Of a stretch of 64,000 nucleotides of DNA, positions 54,341 to 64,000 are shown in pieces. Within the stretch, counting starts at the first letter, position 1, and each line of letters starts with the position of its first letter. The DNA is from Prochlorococcus sp. AG-679-M23. Its GTDB lineage: Bacteria; Cyanobacteriota; Cyanobacteriia; PCC-6307; Cyanobiaceae. The stretch lies in contig QCUR01000006.1 of the NCBI GenBank assembly GCA_003208875.1, positions 64,001-128,000 on the forward strand. The letters run 5' to 3'. The position numbers and the translations under genes are program-made. The notes beneath the pieces are model-generated. The model had not been told where the DNA came from. It searched no databases and was given only the letters and a program-made list of their open reading frames with translations.

Positions 54341-54993
54341 ATTTAGATATTAGGTTTGATTTTCAGAGAAGAGAAAGAATTGGACTTATTGAGGCGATTT
54401 GGGGCGCCGATAAAAGTATTGATCAATTAAGACGAGCATCTGAAAAAGTCTTAGAAAAAAAAGAAGTAGTTTTTATTACGCGAATTGATAAAGAAAAAGC
54501 TACACATTTATTAGCAATATATAAGGAGGGAAGGTTCATTGAAGAAGCAAATTGCTTCATAATTGGTGAAAATTTTAATAAATTCTCAACAAACAAAAAA
54601 GTAGCAATAATCTCAGGAGGCACAAGTGATTTAGCTGTAACACTTGAAGCAAAACTATCTCTAGAAATCTATGGAGTGAGCTGTCAATCTTTTATAGATG
54701 TAGGCGTAGCAGGTCTTCATCGTTTACTCAGTGAAATAGAGGAAATTAAAAAATATGATGTTCTTATAGTTTGTGCGGGAATGGAAGGGGCTTTAGCTAC
54801 AGTTATTGGAGGATTATTCCCTCAACCTATAATTGCGGTGCCGGTTTCAGTAGGGTATGGAGTTAGTAAGAATGGAGAGGCTGCTTTAAATAGTATGTTA
54901 TCAAGTTGTGCTCCTGGGATTTCGGTTATGAATATCGACAACGGTTATGGAGCCGCAATGGCTGCGTTAAGAATTATAAAAAGGATGGCGTAA
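54337..54993 (+). CDS. larB: LarB/CpmA-family protein (PurE-like carboxylase)
   Basis: GTSDL.V, DVGVAGLHRL, AGMEGAL, PVSVGYG, NIDNGYGAA. Confidence 0.9.
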   Translation: MNLDIRFDFQRRERIGLIEAIWGADKSIDQLRRASEKVLEKKEVVFITRIDKEKATHLLAIYKEGRFIEEANCFIIGENFNKFSTNKKVAIISGGTSDLAVTLEAKLSLEIYGVSCQSFIDVGVAGLHRLLSEIEEIKKYDVLIVCAGMEGALATVIGGLFPQPIIAVPVSVGYGVSKNGEAALNSMLSSCAPGISVMNIDNGYGAAMAALRIIKRMA

Positions 54994-54996
54994 ATG

Positions 54997-55131
54997 TTAA
55001 TTATCTTTTTCGATTTCTAATAAATTCTCTATCCATAAATTGAGTTGTTTGGAAAGTATTCCTTCCTCTCTCATTTTGATGGCCTTCACAACAACTTGTG
55101 TATTTATCCACTCTGGATATCTTTTAGTCAT
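54997..55131 (-). CDS. Small hypothetical protein (44 aa)
   Basis: Hand translation MTKRYPEWINTQVVVKAIKMREEGILSKQLNLWIENLLEIEKDN. Confidence 0.6.
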   Translation of the reverse strand: MTKRYPEWINTQVVVKAIKMREEGILSKQLNLWIENLLEIEKDN

Positions 55132-55196
55132 TTATTTTTATTCAGTAATTATAATTTGATATAAATTTTTCTAAAAACAAGCTCTAAGTAACAAAA

Positions 55197-55364
55197 TTAA
55201 TTTATTGTGTTCGATTTGGTACCTAGTCTTGATAGTTCTGAAGAGGTATCATGACTTTCTACATTTTTTAATCTTTCGATTAGTTCAGATAAATCTTTTT
55301 GGGCTAATTCACCATTCGACTCCCATTTCAAAGACCTTGAGTTTTGACTTAGATTTTCTTTCAT
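55197..55364 (-). CDS. Small hypothetical protein (55 aa)
   Basis: Hand translation MKENLSQNSRSLKWESNGELAQKDLSELIERLKNVESHDTSSELSRLGTKSNTIN. Confidence 0.6.
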   Translation of the reverse strand: MKENLSQNSRSLKWESNGELAQKDLSELIERLKNVESHDTSSELSRLGTKSNTIN

Positions 55365-55475
55365 TTTCTGAGTGAAGTATTAAGAATATAAAATGAAAAA
55401 ATTAAAAATTGGGTAATTATTTCAAGCTGAAAGTTAAAAAAATATGAAGATTTTAAAATTTATACTTTTTAAAAA

Positions 55476-55685
55476 TTATCCACCTCCAACTATAGATACG
55501 ATCTCTAGCCTGTCTCCTTCTTTTATTATTTCATTCTCCCATTTTTTTGAGTTAATAATTGAGTCATTTACTTCAACAACTACAGTGTTTTGCTTGTATC
55601 CAAGGAATTCTAAAGTGCTTGACAGGAATGCCTTTTCATTTTCTAGTTCTATTTTTTTTTCTTGACCGTTTACTCTAATTTTCAT
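55476..55685 (-). CDS. thiS: Sulfur carrier protein ThiS
   Basis: M.I.VNG...GD.LEIVSIVGGG; follows thiE. Confidence 0.95.
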   Translation of the reverse strand: MKIRVNGQEKKIELENEKAFLSSTLEFLGYKQNTVVVEVNDSIINSKKWENEIIKEGDRLEIVSIVGGG

Positions 55686-56730
55686 TGGATAATTCTTTTA
55701 TGATCATAATAGCTTCTTCTTTTGGATCTTCTGAATTTAGCAGACCTGAAACTATTGCAACCTTACTAATACCATGATTTCTTAAAAAAGAAACATTTAA
55801 TTTATCAATACCCCCTATGGCAAAATAAGGAATATTTATACCTTTTGTTAAAGCCTTAATCTTCTCCACACCGATAGGCTCTTTATTCTTCTTTGTTAAT
55901 GTTGGAAAAACTGGCCCAACTCCAATGTAATCGCAGCCATCTTTTACAGCCTTATTGATATCAATTGAATTATTGGCTGAAACTCCAATAATTTTTGAGG
56001 TGCCAAGTAATTTTCTTGCTGTTTTTATATCGATGTCGTCTTGACCAAGATGAACACCATCTGCATCTAATGCCAGTGCTATATCTACCCTGTCATTAAC
56101 GATAAACAAAGAATTATATTTTTTACATAAGTTATTTATTTCAATTCCCTCTTTGAGATGGTCTTTATCATTACCTTCTTTAAATCTATGTTGAATTATT
56201 TTTACTCCTCCTAACAATATTTTTTCAATTATTTCTAATAAGTTTTCTCTTTGGTCTGTTATCGAATATAAATTGTTTTCACTAATTAGTAATTGTGCTC
56301 TCTTACGAGTATTGAAATTTAATAATTCAATTTCTAGAGTGTAAATTTCATATCTAATATCAGACGCTATTTTGGAAAGTTTATTATTATGATTTCTTGA
56401 AAATTCTTCAATAACTCTAAGAGCTTCTTGAACTCTTGCAGAATTAGAACTTATTATTTTAGAGGGACTCTTCCTGTTGATTTGTTCAACATGAGATAGT
56501 CCTTTGCATTGATCTTCTATATGATTTCTTGATATTTTGTAAATCTCTAAATGATTTTTACCTAATATTTGACGGAAGTTTTTTATTCTGATAACAAAAT
56601 CTTCGTTACCTAAGCCAAATCTGGCCCAGTCCTCTAAGACTCTTAAACCTTCTCTAGCTCTATCTAGATTAGCGTCAATAATTTGAGATATTCGTAAGTC
56701 TTCTGGTTCAGTTATGTTTGAGTTTTCCAT
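55675..56730 (-). CDS. thiE: Thiamine-phosphate synthase (cyanobacterial long form)
   Basis: IDANLDRAREGLRVLED N-domain, NDRVDIA, GVHLGQDD, AIGGI. Confidence 0.96.
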   Translation of the reverse strand: MENSNITEPEDLRISQIIDANLDRAREGLRVLEDWARFGLGNEDFVIRIKNFRQILGKNHLEIYKISRNHIEDQCKGLSHVEQINRKSPSKIISSNSARVQEALRVIEEFSRNHNNKLSKIASDIRYEIYTLEIELLNFNTRKRAQLLISENNLYSITDQRENLLEIIEKILLGGVKIIQHRFKEGNDKDHLKEGIEINNLCKKYNSLFIVNDRVDIALALDADGVHLGQDDIDIKTARKLLGTSKIIGVSANNSIDINKAVKDGCDYIGVGPVFPTLTKKNKEPIGVEKIKALTKGINIPYFAIGGIDKLNVSFLRNHGISKVAIVSGLLNSEDPKEEAIMIIKELSNEN

Positions 56731-56738
56731 CTTAAAAT

Positions 56739-57662
56739 TTATTTATTATTGTTATTAAGAACTTTTAAAGCATTTTCCCTATCTTTCGTAATTTGATTAG
56801 AGAGTTGATCAATATTTTGAAACTTGATTTGAGACCTAAGCTTCTCAATAGGTTCTACTGATAAATTTAAACCATATATATTGATATCTTTATTAATTAA
56901 ATGAACTTCAACGGCGGATGGCAAGAGAGGATCAATTGTTGGTTGAGAACCAAGATTCATAACAGAAGCAATTTTATTAGGAGAATTATTTATGGTAGAC
57001 CATGCTGCATAAACTCCTTCACCAGGCAAAAATTTTCTCCCATCTATTTCAAGATTTGCTGTAGGAAATCCTAGGGACTTTCCAATCCCTTTCCCTTTAA
57101 CTACTTTCCCTTTAAAACTGTATGGTCTATTAAGTATTTTAAATGCATTCTTTAAATCACTTCTTTGTAATAAATCTCTTACTCTGCTACTACTAATTCT
57201 CCCTTTATTATCCTCTAAAATTGAAATAATTTTTAATTTTATATCCATATCTTTAGTGGCAAGTTTAATTGTATTGATATCTCCACTTCTTTTAAAACCA
57301 AATCTAAAATTAGCACCTACTGAGATACTTTTTGCTTGTAATTGATTGATCAAAATATCTTTTATAAAGTTCTCGGCACTTAATTTTGACAGTTTATTAT
57401 CAAAGGGAATTAAAACCAATTGTTCTATACCAAGATCTTCAAGGATAGGAAGCTTTTCCTCTGGGAGATCAAGCCTAAGACGAGTTTCTTTATATAGTAC
57501 TTCTCTTGGATGTGGCCAAAAGCTTGCGATTGTTGGTGTGTAATCATTCTCTTTAACAACACTTTCTATTAATTTTCTGTGCCCTGCATGAAGACCATCA
57601 AAACTACCAATAGCTATTGAGGTGGGATGCTTAACTTCTGATGGTGATATTAAAGAGATCAC
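56739..57662 (-). CDS. ribF: Riboflavin kinase / FAD synthetase
   Basis: GSFDGLHAGH, ISSSRVR, GFPTAN, GVY, VEVHL. Confidence 0.96.
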   Translation of the reverse strand: MISLISPSEVKHPTSIAIGSFDGLHAGHRKLIESVVKENDYTPTIASFWPHPREVLYKETRLRLDLPEEKLPILEDLGIEQLVLIPFDNKLSKLSAENFIKDILINQLQAKSISVGANFRFGFKRSGDINTIKLATKDMDIKLKIISILEDNKGRISSSRVRDLLQRSDLKNAFKILNRPYSFKGKVVKGKGIGKSLGFPTANLEIDGRKFLPGEGVYAAWSTINNSPNKIASVMNLGSQPTIDPLLPSAVEVHLINKDINIYGLNLSVEPIEKLRSQIKFQNIDQLSNQITKDRENALKVLNNNNK

Positions 57663-57729
57663 AAGATAACGTGCAATTTTATGATTTTGATGGCAAATTT
57701 GAATAGATCATAGTTATTCAATCAAATGA

Positions 57730-58263
57730 ATGTCTGACAAAATTGATTTTCAGTCGCTTTCATTTGGAATGCGGCGCATTGGCTGGATACGCTTTTGGAT
57801 TCAATCCATTTTAGGTGTTGTAGTAACAGCTGTTTTGCTTTTTTCAAATGTTGTAAATAAAAGCGAAGGACAGCTGAGTTTGACTCCGGGGCTATCACTA
57901 ACAACAATTTCTTTAATTTTACTACTTTTTAGTTTGTGGCAAGGTTGGTTAATAGTAAGAACTGGGAGAGCAATTGCAAGTAATGCTAGACCCTCTAGAG
58001 GGCAAACAAGTAAATTAATAAAAAGAGGCTTAATAAATGATTTGTTAGGAATTTTGTTTGGCTTAATTGGATATCAAGCACTTATGGGTGCACTTTTTAT
58101 ACAGGCCTCCTCTCAAACAACTGGTCAACTTATTACGGCATCATCTGATATTCCTATTACTGGTCTTGAGATTTTATCAGTACTAAGTAATACTCAAGTT
58201 ATCGCTGCTCATTTTTTTGGACTTTGCTTCTCTTTATGGTTGCTAAGAAGCATTTATAAATGA
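57730..58263 (+). CDS. Membrane protein (DUF3611/Tic21-like)
   Basis: R.GWIRFWIQ and NTQVIAAHF motifs, four TM segments. Confidence 0.75.
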   Translation: MSDKIDFQSLSFGMRRIGWIRFWIQSILGVVVTAVLLFSNVVNKSEGQLSLTPGLSLTTISLILLLFSLWQGWLIVRTGRAIASNARPSRGQTSKLIKRGLINDLLGILFGLIGYQALMGALFIQASSQTTGQLITASSDIPITGLEILSVLSNTQVIAAHFFGLCFSLWLLRSIYK

Positions 58264-59052
58264 AGTATTTATTTTTGGCAACACATCTAAACCTCCTCTC
58301 CAAAACAAGTCTGGTTCTACAGGTGTAAGAGAAATTTTATTTTCTTGTATTTGAGAGACGTCACTTGGCCAACTCTTGGGACCATCGCCTTTTGATTTAA
58401 GATCTAAAACAGCTTCACCGGCTAACCAATAATAATCATCGCCTCTTGGATCTTCCCTTTTAGAAAATTGGTTTTTATATTTTCGGATTGATAATCTTGT
58501 CCAAGATAATTCTTTTATTTTATTTCTTTCACAGGGTGGTATGTTCAAGTTCAAGAGAAGGGAGTTTGGCCAACTATCCTTTATTGCTTGTTCAGCAATA
58601 TTCATTGCAATTTCACTAGCAAATTCAAAATTTTTCCATTTAAAACTCGCAACACTAATTGCCATTGATGGGACATTTTCTAAAGTACCTTCCATAGCTG
58701 CAGCAACTGTTCCAGAACAAAAAATGTCTGTTCCTAAATTTGGACCATGATTTATTCCAGAAAGAACTAAATCAGGCTTTTTATCTAATAATTCTGATAG
58801 TGCGAGTTTTACGCAATCAGCAGGGGTCCCTGAACAACCCCAAGCTTTTATACCTTTATCAAATAATTCATCTGCTCTTTCAACTCTCAAAGGAGACTGC
58901 AAAGTGAGGCCATGACCGGTCGCCGATCTTTCTTGGTCCGGACATACTACTGTCACTTTATGCCCTTTTTTTAATGCGGATTTGGCTAAGGCTCTTATCC
59001 CCTCAGCAAAAACCCCATCGTCATTACTTATTAAAATATTTAATGATTTCAT
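58243..59052 (-). CDS. surE: 5'/3'-nucleotidase SurE
   Basis: [28 protein letters not shown]. Confidence 0.97.
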   Translation of the reverse strand: MKSLNILISNDDGVFAEGIRALAKSALKKGHKVTVVCPDQERSATGHGLTLQSPLRVERADELFDKGIKAWGCSGTPADCVKLALSELLDKKPDLVLSGINHGPNLGTDIFCSGTVAAAMEGTLENVPSMAISVASFKWKNFEFASEIAMNIAEQAIKDSWPNSLLLNLNIPPCERNKIKELSWTRLSIRKYKNQFSKREDPRGDDYYWLAGEAVLDLKSKGDGPKSWPSDVSQIQENKISLTPVEPDLFWRGGLDVLPKINTSFINAS

Positions 59053-59119
59053 TTATCAATACATTTTATTATGGACAATATTTAAGTAAGATGAAACTAT
59101 ATCTATTTTTACTATATCA

Positions 59120-60127
59120 GTGAGTCAAATTGAATCATTAAGTCAAATAGAGGGCAAATTAAATAATCTCTCTCTCTTAGCGAATAAAAATATAAAAAAT
59201 GCGAATAGTGATTCAGAATTGGACCAATTAAGGGTCTCTTTATTAGGAAAAAAAGGAGAATTATCAATAATATTGAAAACTATGGGCAAATTATCCTCTG
59301 TTGATAGACCAATTGTTGGACAGAAGGCAAACTTGATAAAGATAAACTTGCAAAATTTAATAACTGAAAGGAAAAATCAACTCATTAGTGAGGCTATTGA
59401 TAAACAGATCGAAGATGAAAAAATTGATGTAACAATTCCTTCCACAGGGACCCTCCCTGGTAATAAGCACCCCTTAATTTCAACTCAAGATGAGATCATA
59501 GATATTTTTTGCGGATTAGGATACTCGGTAGAAAATGGTCCTGAAATAGAGAGTGATTTTTATAATTTTGAGTCACTTAACATACCTAAAAATCATCCGG
59601 CTCGAGATATGCAGGATACTTTTTATTTAGATGAAAACCGTCTACTTAGAACTCATACATCACCTGTTCAGATTAGATATCTTGAAAATAATCCTCCTCC
59701 CGTAAGAATTATTGCTCCAGGAAGAGTTTATAGAAGAGATGCTGTAGATGCTACTCACTCTCCTGTTTTCAATCAAGTAGAAGTTTTATGTATCGATCAA
59801 AATATTAATTTTAGTCATTTGAGAGGAACTGTACTTACTTTTTTAAAAACATTTTTTGGAGATATTCCTGTGAGATTTAGAGCTAGTTATTTTCCTTTTA
59901 CTGAACCTTCTGCGGAAGTTGATGTTCAATGGAAAGGTAAATGGTTAGAAGTAATGGGTTGTGGAATGGTAGATCCAAAGGTTCTAGAAAAATTAGGAAT
60001 TGATTCTGAAAAATGGACTGGATTTGCAGCTGGATTAGGTGTAGAGAGATTCTGTATGGTGAGACATCAGATTGATGATATAAGAAGGTTCTATACTAAT
60101 GATCTCAGATTCTTAAAACAGTTTTAA
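59120..60127 (+). CDS. pheS: Phenylalanine--tRNA ligase alpha subunit
   Basis: [32 protein letters not shown]. Confidence 0.98.
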   Translation: MSQIESLSQIEGKLNNLSLLANKNIKNANSDSELDQLRVSLLGKKGELSIILKTMGKLSSVDRPIVGQKANLIKINLQNLITERKNQLISEAIDKQIEDEKIDVTIPSTGTLPGNKHPLISTQDEIIDIFCGLGYSVENGPEIESDFYNFESLNIPKNHPARDMQDTFYLDENRLLRTHTSPVQIRYLENNPPPVRIIAPGRVYRRDAVDATHSPVFNQVEVLCIDQNINFSHLRGTVLTFLKTFFGDIPVRFRASYFPFTEPSAEVDVQWKGKWLEVMGCGMVDPKVLEKLGIDSEKWTGFAAGLGVERFCMVRHQIDDIRRFYTNDLRFLKQF

Positions 60128-60198
60128 TATGATTAATATTTTAAATTAGGTTTCTTTATCAATTTAGTTTAAAATAATTGTAGTTTTAAATTTATCGA

Positions 60199-61107
60199 TT
60201 GGTACGTAAAGCTGGACTGATCGTCAATGATGGGAAAGAACTGGCTGTTCAAACTGCAATTTCTGTTCAAAAAAAATTGGAAAAATCCAATTATGAAGTT
60301 GTAAGAGTAAGTAGTTCTGGAGGTATGGTTGGTTTTGCCAATCCTGATCAACACGTGCGTCCATTGGGATATTCGAATTGTGTGCCAGATGGGTTCGATT
60401 CCTCTATGGAGTTTGCGATTGTTCTTGGTGGAGATGGAACAGTACTTTCTGCTGCACGACAGACAGCTCCTGCAAAAATTCCAATCCTTACTATAAATAC
60501 TGGGCATTTAGGTTTTCTTGCAGAAGCATATCTTTCGAATTTAGAGGAAGCAATCGATAAACTTATTATTGGTAATTGGGATATAGAAGAAAGAAAAAGT
60601 TTAATTATTAGCGTAATGAGAAATGAGCAAAGAAGATGGGAATCTCTTTGTTTGAACGAAATGGCTCTTCATAGAGAACCATTGACGAGTATGTGTCATT
60701 TTGAGATTTCCATAGGTAGACATGCTCCGGTCGATATATCTGCTGATGGAGTCATTCTTTCTACTCCAACTGGCTCAACAGCTTATTCTTTAAGTGCCGG
60801 TGGTCCTGTTATCACCCCCGATTGCCCAGTAGTTCAATTAACTCCAATTGCTCCTCATTCTTTAGCTTCGAGAGCTTTAGTTTTTAATGATTCAGAACCT
60901 GTTACAGTTTTCCCTGCAACCCCTGAAAGATTAGTTATGGTCGTTGATGGAAATGCAGGCTGTTATGTTTGGCCTGAAGATAGAGTCCTAATAAGAAAAA
61001 GTAAACATTCAGTAAAGTTTATAAGACTTGAGGATCATGAATTTTTCCAAGTTCTGAGAAATAAATTAGGTTGGGGACTCCCTCATGTAGGTAAACCTAA
61101 TAAGTAA
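60199..61107 (+). CDS. nadK: NAD(+) kinase
   Basis: [29 protein letters not shown]. Confidence 0.96.
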   Translation: MVRKAGLIVNDGKELAVQTAISVQKKLEKSNYEVVRVSSSGGMVGFANPDQHVRPLGYSNCVPDGFDSSMEFAIVLGGDGTVLSAARQTAPAKIPILTINTGHLGFLAEAYLSNLEEAIDKLIIGNWDIEERKSLIISVMRNEQRRWESLCLNEMALHREPLTSMCHFEISIGRHAPVDISADGVILSTPTGSTAYSLSAGGPVITPDCPVVQLTPIAPHSLASRALVFNDSEPVTVFPATPERLVMVVDGNAGCYVWPEDRVLIRKSKHSVKFIRLEDHEFFQVLRNKLGWGLPHVGKPNK

Positions 61108-61114
61108 TTTTAAG

Positions 61115-62401
61115 TTAAATTAGCTTTTTTCCTCTAAGCAAAAATACAGGATTGTTCGGATCCATTCTTATCCCATCTGAGATACTTAAGCTTTTATAAG
61201 TCTGTATAAGGTTTAAATTAACTTTGAAATTATTTTCTTCAAAGGTCTCTTTTAAATCTTTAATTGTTTGAATATCAATTATAGGAATAGCTACAATATC
61301 TCCATAATTCATATCTTTTGACAATTCATTAATAATTCGAACCTTAGTATTTTTATCACAGCCACCAATAATTATCCTCTTAGCCTTTTTTAGAGAATTA
61401 ATATTATTGGAATTAAATAAATTATTTATATCTTCTTCAAGAATATCTTTGGGGTTAACTCCTAGTCTTCTTGCATTTTCTGAGATTAATTCTTTTGATC
61501 CAATTCTTTTATCAATACAAAATAATTTTAAATTTGGCCTTAATTTTAATGCTTCTAAGCCAATTGAACCACAACCTGCACCAATATCCCAAATTGTGCC
61601 ATTTTCTGGTAACTCTAAATCAGCTAAAATTTGAATTCGAACTTCCCTTTTTGTTAATAAATTTGGTCTGTCTTCAAAAGTTTTAAAAGTATCATCTTTT
61701 AATCCAAATAAAGGAATATCATTTTCTATATAATCTTTTTCTTTTCTAATAAGAACAGCAATATTCAAATTAGAAATATCAAATGGTAATTTTTCTTTGA
61801 TGTTAAATTTTCGGATCTTTTCATTTTTAAAACCTATTTCCTCACAAATCCAAAATTCGTAAAGATTATCTAAATTTAACTCTAATAAATTATTTTGAAT
61901 TATTTCTAAACCGTTATTATTTGAATCTGTAATGATTGCTAAACTTGATGGCTTTGATTTAAGGGCTTCAATTAATTTAGTGGAATCTCTTCCATGAATA
62001 CTTACATATATAGCTTCTTGCCAAGATATTTTTAGTTTACTAAATGCAAGTTGAGCACATGTATTTGATGGATAAAAACTTAATTCTTCTTTTGAAAAGT
62101 TTTCTAGAAGTATTCTTCCAATACCAAACCAAAGAGGATCACCCCTAGAAAATAAAATTACGTCGGTTTTTTGAGATTTAAGCCAATTAATTAGTTTATT
62201 GTCACTTCTGCTAGCGAAAAATAACTTTCTTTTTTTTGTATTACTTTGGCCCCATATTTTAATATCTTCAAAATATGGATCTGGAACTGCAATATTTTCT
62301 GTTTTTATAAATAATTTTTGTAATTTCAAAGGTAACTCTTTAAATTCAAAAGAATTAATTCCTATTACATGAATTTTTCTTTTTATCTGAGTCATAAACA
62401 T
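61115..62401 (-). CDS. cbiET: Bifunctional precorrin-6Y methyltransferase CbiE/CbiT (CobL-like)
   Basis: GDPLWFGIG, SIHGR, TKREVR, WDIGAGCGSIG.E. Confidence 0.9.
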   Translation of the reverse strand: MFMTQIKRKIHVIGINSFEFKELPLKLQKLFIKTENIAVPDPYFEDIKIWGQSNTKKRKLFFASRSDNKLINWLKSQKTDVILFSRGDPLWFGIGRILLENFSKEELSFYPSNTCAQLAFSKLKISWQEAIYVSIHGRDSTKLIEALKSKPSSLAIITDSNNNGLEIIQNNLLELNLDNLYEFWICEEIGFKNEKIRKFNIKEKLPFDISNLNIAVLIRKEKDYIENDIPLFGLKDDTFKTFEDRPNLLTKREVRIQILADLELPENGTIWDIGAGCGSIGLEALKLRPNLKLFCIDKRIGSKELISENARRLGVNPKDILEEDINNLFNSNNINSLKKAKRIIIGGCDKNTKVRIINELSKDMNYGDIVAIPIIDIQTIKDLKETFEENNFKVNLNLIQTYKSLSISDGIRMDPNNPVFLLRGKKLI

Positions 62402-62478
62402 TTAAAAGTAATAATATGATTTATTTGTATGTTTTATTAATTTATCCTAGTATTTATAAAATAATAACTATAAATTAC

Positions 62479-62730
62479 TTGTCAGACAGGAGAAAGCGTT
62501 TACACGAAATATTGTTAACTCTAATTAACAAAGAAAGTAATTTTGAGTTAATAGAGGAGGACTCTGGTGATTTAACAAAGAATTTTTCTGACAAAGATAC
62601 TGCGAATTTATCCCGAGTTATAGAAAAAAATCGTAAAATCATAAAAAGATATCAAGCTCTTGTTAGAACAGCAGTTACTCTAGACACCCTTATGGATTCT
62701 GAAAATGATGAAAATTTTAAAATCAAATAA
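62479..62730 (+). CDS. Conserved hypothetical protein
   Basis: SDRRKRLHEILL...YQALVRTAVTLD; start TTG 62479 or ATG 62416 uncertain. Confidence 0.6.
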   Translation: MSDRRKRLHEILLTLINKESNFELIEEDSGDLTKNFSDKDTANLSRVIEKNRKIIKRYQALVRTAVTLDTLMDSENDENFKIK

Positions 62731-63205
62731 AAGTATTTTTTTAAAAGGTCTAATACCCTTAGCTATTATTATTTCTATGGTTTTCAACCCACTTAAAGTA
62801 TTTGCAGAAATATCAGAAACAGAAATTAATGGAGAGTTAATGAATGCTAGTAGTGAGTTTCTAAGAGATCTAGATTTTGAAACATGGCAACTAGTAGCTT
62901 ATAAGTCTCCATTATTTGAAGATAAATTAATCTTAAGGGTAATTGGGTATCCTGGTAATCTCAGGATTGATCATCCAACAAGTTTGCAAGTGGATTCTGG
63001 CAGAAAACAGTGGTTCTTAGATGATAAAACATCATTAAATGTTGAATTAGCTAACGATGGTAGACAAGCTGCTGCAGAATTTGATTTGAATGAACTTGTG
63101 AATAATATTGATAAAAATAGACCACTCAGATTATCACTGTCAGGTGTTTTTTCAGAGTTGCCTGTTCCTCCTTTCGTAGTTAAAGAATGGAGATCATTAG
63201 ATTAA
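62705..63205 (+). CDS. DUF3122-like protein
   Basis: Signal-like N-terminus, LRD....WQLVAY, LR.IGYPG, V..W; upstream of ribD. Confidence 0.7.
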   Translation: MMKILKSNKSIFLKGLIPLAIIISMVFNPLKVFAEISETEINGELMNASSEFLRDLDFETWQLVAYKSPLFEDKLILRVIGYPGNLRIDHPTSLQVDSGRKQWFLDDKTSLNVELANDGRQAAAEFDLNELVNNIDKNRPLRLSLSGVFSELPVPPFVVKEWRSLD

Positions 63206-63220
63206 TAAATTATTTGATAG

Positions 63221-64000
63221 ATGATTTGTAACCATATTAGTAATATTAAATGGATGAAAAGAGCTATTTATTTGGCTTCTTTAGGTAAAGGAAGAACAAG
63301 TCCTAATCCAATGGTTGGAGCTGTAATCTTAGACAAAAATGGAAATCTTATCTCAGAAGGATTCCATTCAAAATCAGGAATGCCTCATGCAGAAGCAATG
63401 GCTTTCAATAATTTAAAAAAAGATGCAAAAGATGGGACACTATACGTAAATCTGGAACCTTGTTGTCATCAAGGAAAAACCCCTCCATGTGTTGATAAAA
63501 TAATTTCTTTTGGAATAAAGAAAGTATTTGTTTCTATTGAAGATCCCGACAAAAGAGTTTCAGGGAAAGGTATAAAATTACTTAAAGATGCAGGGATTAA
63601 AGTTCATCTAGGATTATGTGAAAAAGAATCCCAAGAACTAAATAAGTCTTTTATTCATAGGAATATTACCAATAACGCTTTTGGTGTTATGAAATGGGCA
63701 ATGAGTATGGATGGAAGAGTTGGCCTGAAAAATGGTAAAAGTAAATGGATTTCAAATAAAGATTCAAGATCATTAGTTCACTCTCTTAGATCCTGCTTTG
63801 ATGCAATAGTTATTGGAGGTAATACATTAAGAAAAGATAATCCTCTACTAACTTCTCGAGGTCTAAGAAAGCCTGAACCTTTAAGAGTTGTTTTTACAAA
63901 AACTTTAGATCTGCCAGAAAGATCAAATTTGTGGGATTGTACATTAGCTAAGACTCTTGTTGTATATGACTCTTCTACTGCAAATAAAAAATTTCTTAAT
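63221..64000 (+). CDS. ribD: Riboflavin biosynthesis deaminase/reductase (5' part; runs off the window edge)
   Basis: Hand-translated: TSPNPMVGAV, HAE, LEPCCH.GKTPPC, AMSMDG, DNPLLT. Confidence 0.95.
   Translation, partial: MICNHISNIKWMKRAIYLASLGKGRTSPNPMVGAVILDKNGNLISEGFHSKSGMPHAEAMAFNNLKKDAKDGTLYVNLEPCCHQGKTPPCVDKIISFGIKKVFVSIEDPDKRVSGKGIKLLKDAGIKVHLGLCEKESQELNKSFIHRNITNNAFGVMKWAMSMDGRVGLKNGKSKWISNKDSRSLVHSLRSCFDAIVIGGNTLRKDNPLLTSRGLRKPEPLRVVFTKTLDLPERSNLWDCTLAKTLVVYDSSTANKKFLN

Noticed and set aside
54337..54993. larB as evidence of a nickel-pincer gene cluster
   Set aside because: No larA, larC or larE in the window; dispersed larB/cpmA is common in cyanobacteria.
3787..58263. Short overlaps between convergent genes (pyrF/plsY, hemW/panB, lnt/mnmA, DUF3611/surE)
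   Set aside because: Ordinary consequence of genome streamlining.
4903..61686. Many 60-134 aa ORFs antisense or nested within core genes (e.g. 4903, 7683, 8932, 39617, 44518, 48376, 60169)
   Set aside because: Shadow frames of well-supported genes, with no motifs of their own.

Overview
Very AT-rich, gene-dense 64-kb segment of a marine picocyanobacterial chromosome; gene content, order and compactness point to a high-light-type Prochlorococcus. It is mostly core genome: pepA, tyrS, pyrF, plsY, glgX, HU, an hli, cbiB, ilvC, two clpP-family subunits, panB, SRP RNA, ftsZ/ftsQ/ddl/miaB, folC, argD, murA, lpdA, trpC, a Ni-SOD module (sodN, sodX, Ni permease), lnt, mnmA, a group-2 sigma factor, pdhA, ftn2, ffh-rpsP-phoH, era-trmD, ispF, larB, thiS/thiE, ribF, surE, pheS, NAD kinase, cbiET, ribD and three tRNAs (Gly, His, Leu). 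I saw no integrase, transposase, prophage or CRISPR array. The most notable observations are: (i) a ~1.3-kb insertion carrying a SAM-methyltransferase between two copies of the ispF 5' end, the first copy in frame with trmD, suggesting a split trmD-ispF fusion; (ii) unannotated small proteins, including two overlapping membrane peptides beside tRNA-Leu; (iii) sodX and a TrmH-family gene whose conserved N-termini lie upstream of any ATG/GTG/TTG; (iv) a 13-copy 18-bp repeat in ffh; (v) a possibly structured leader before HU. Product calls rest on recognised motifs, not database searches.
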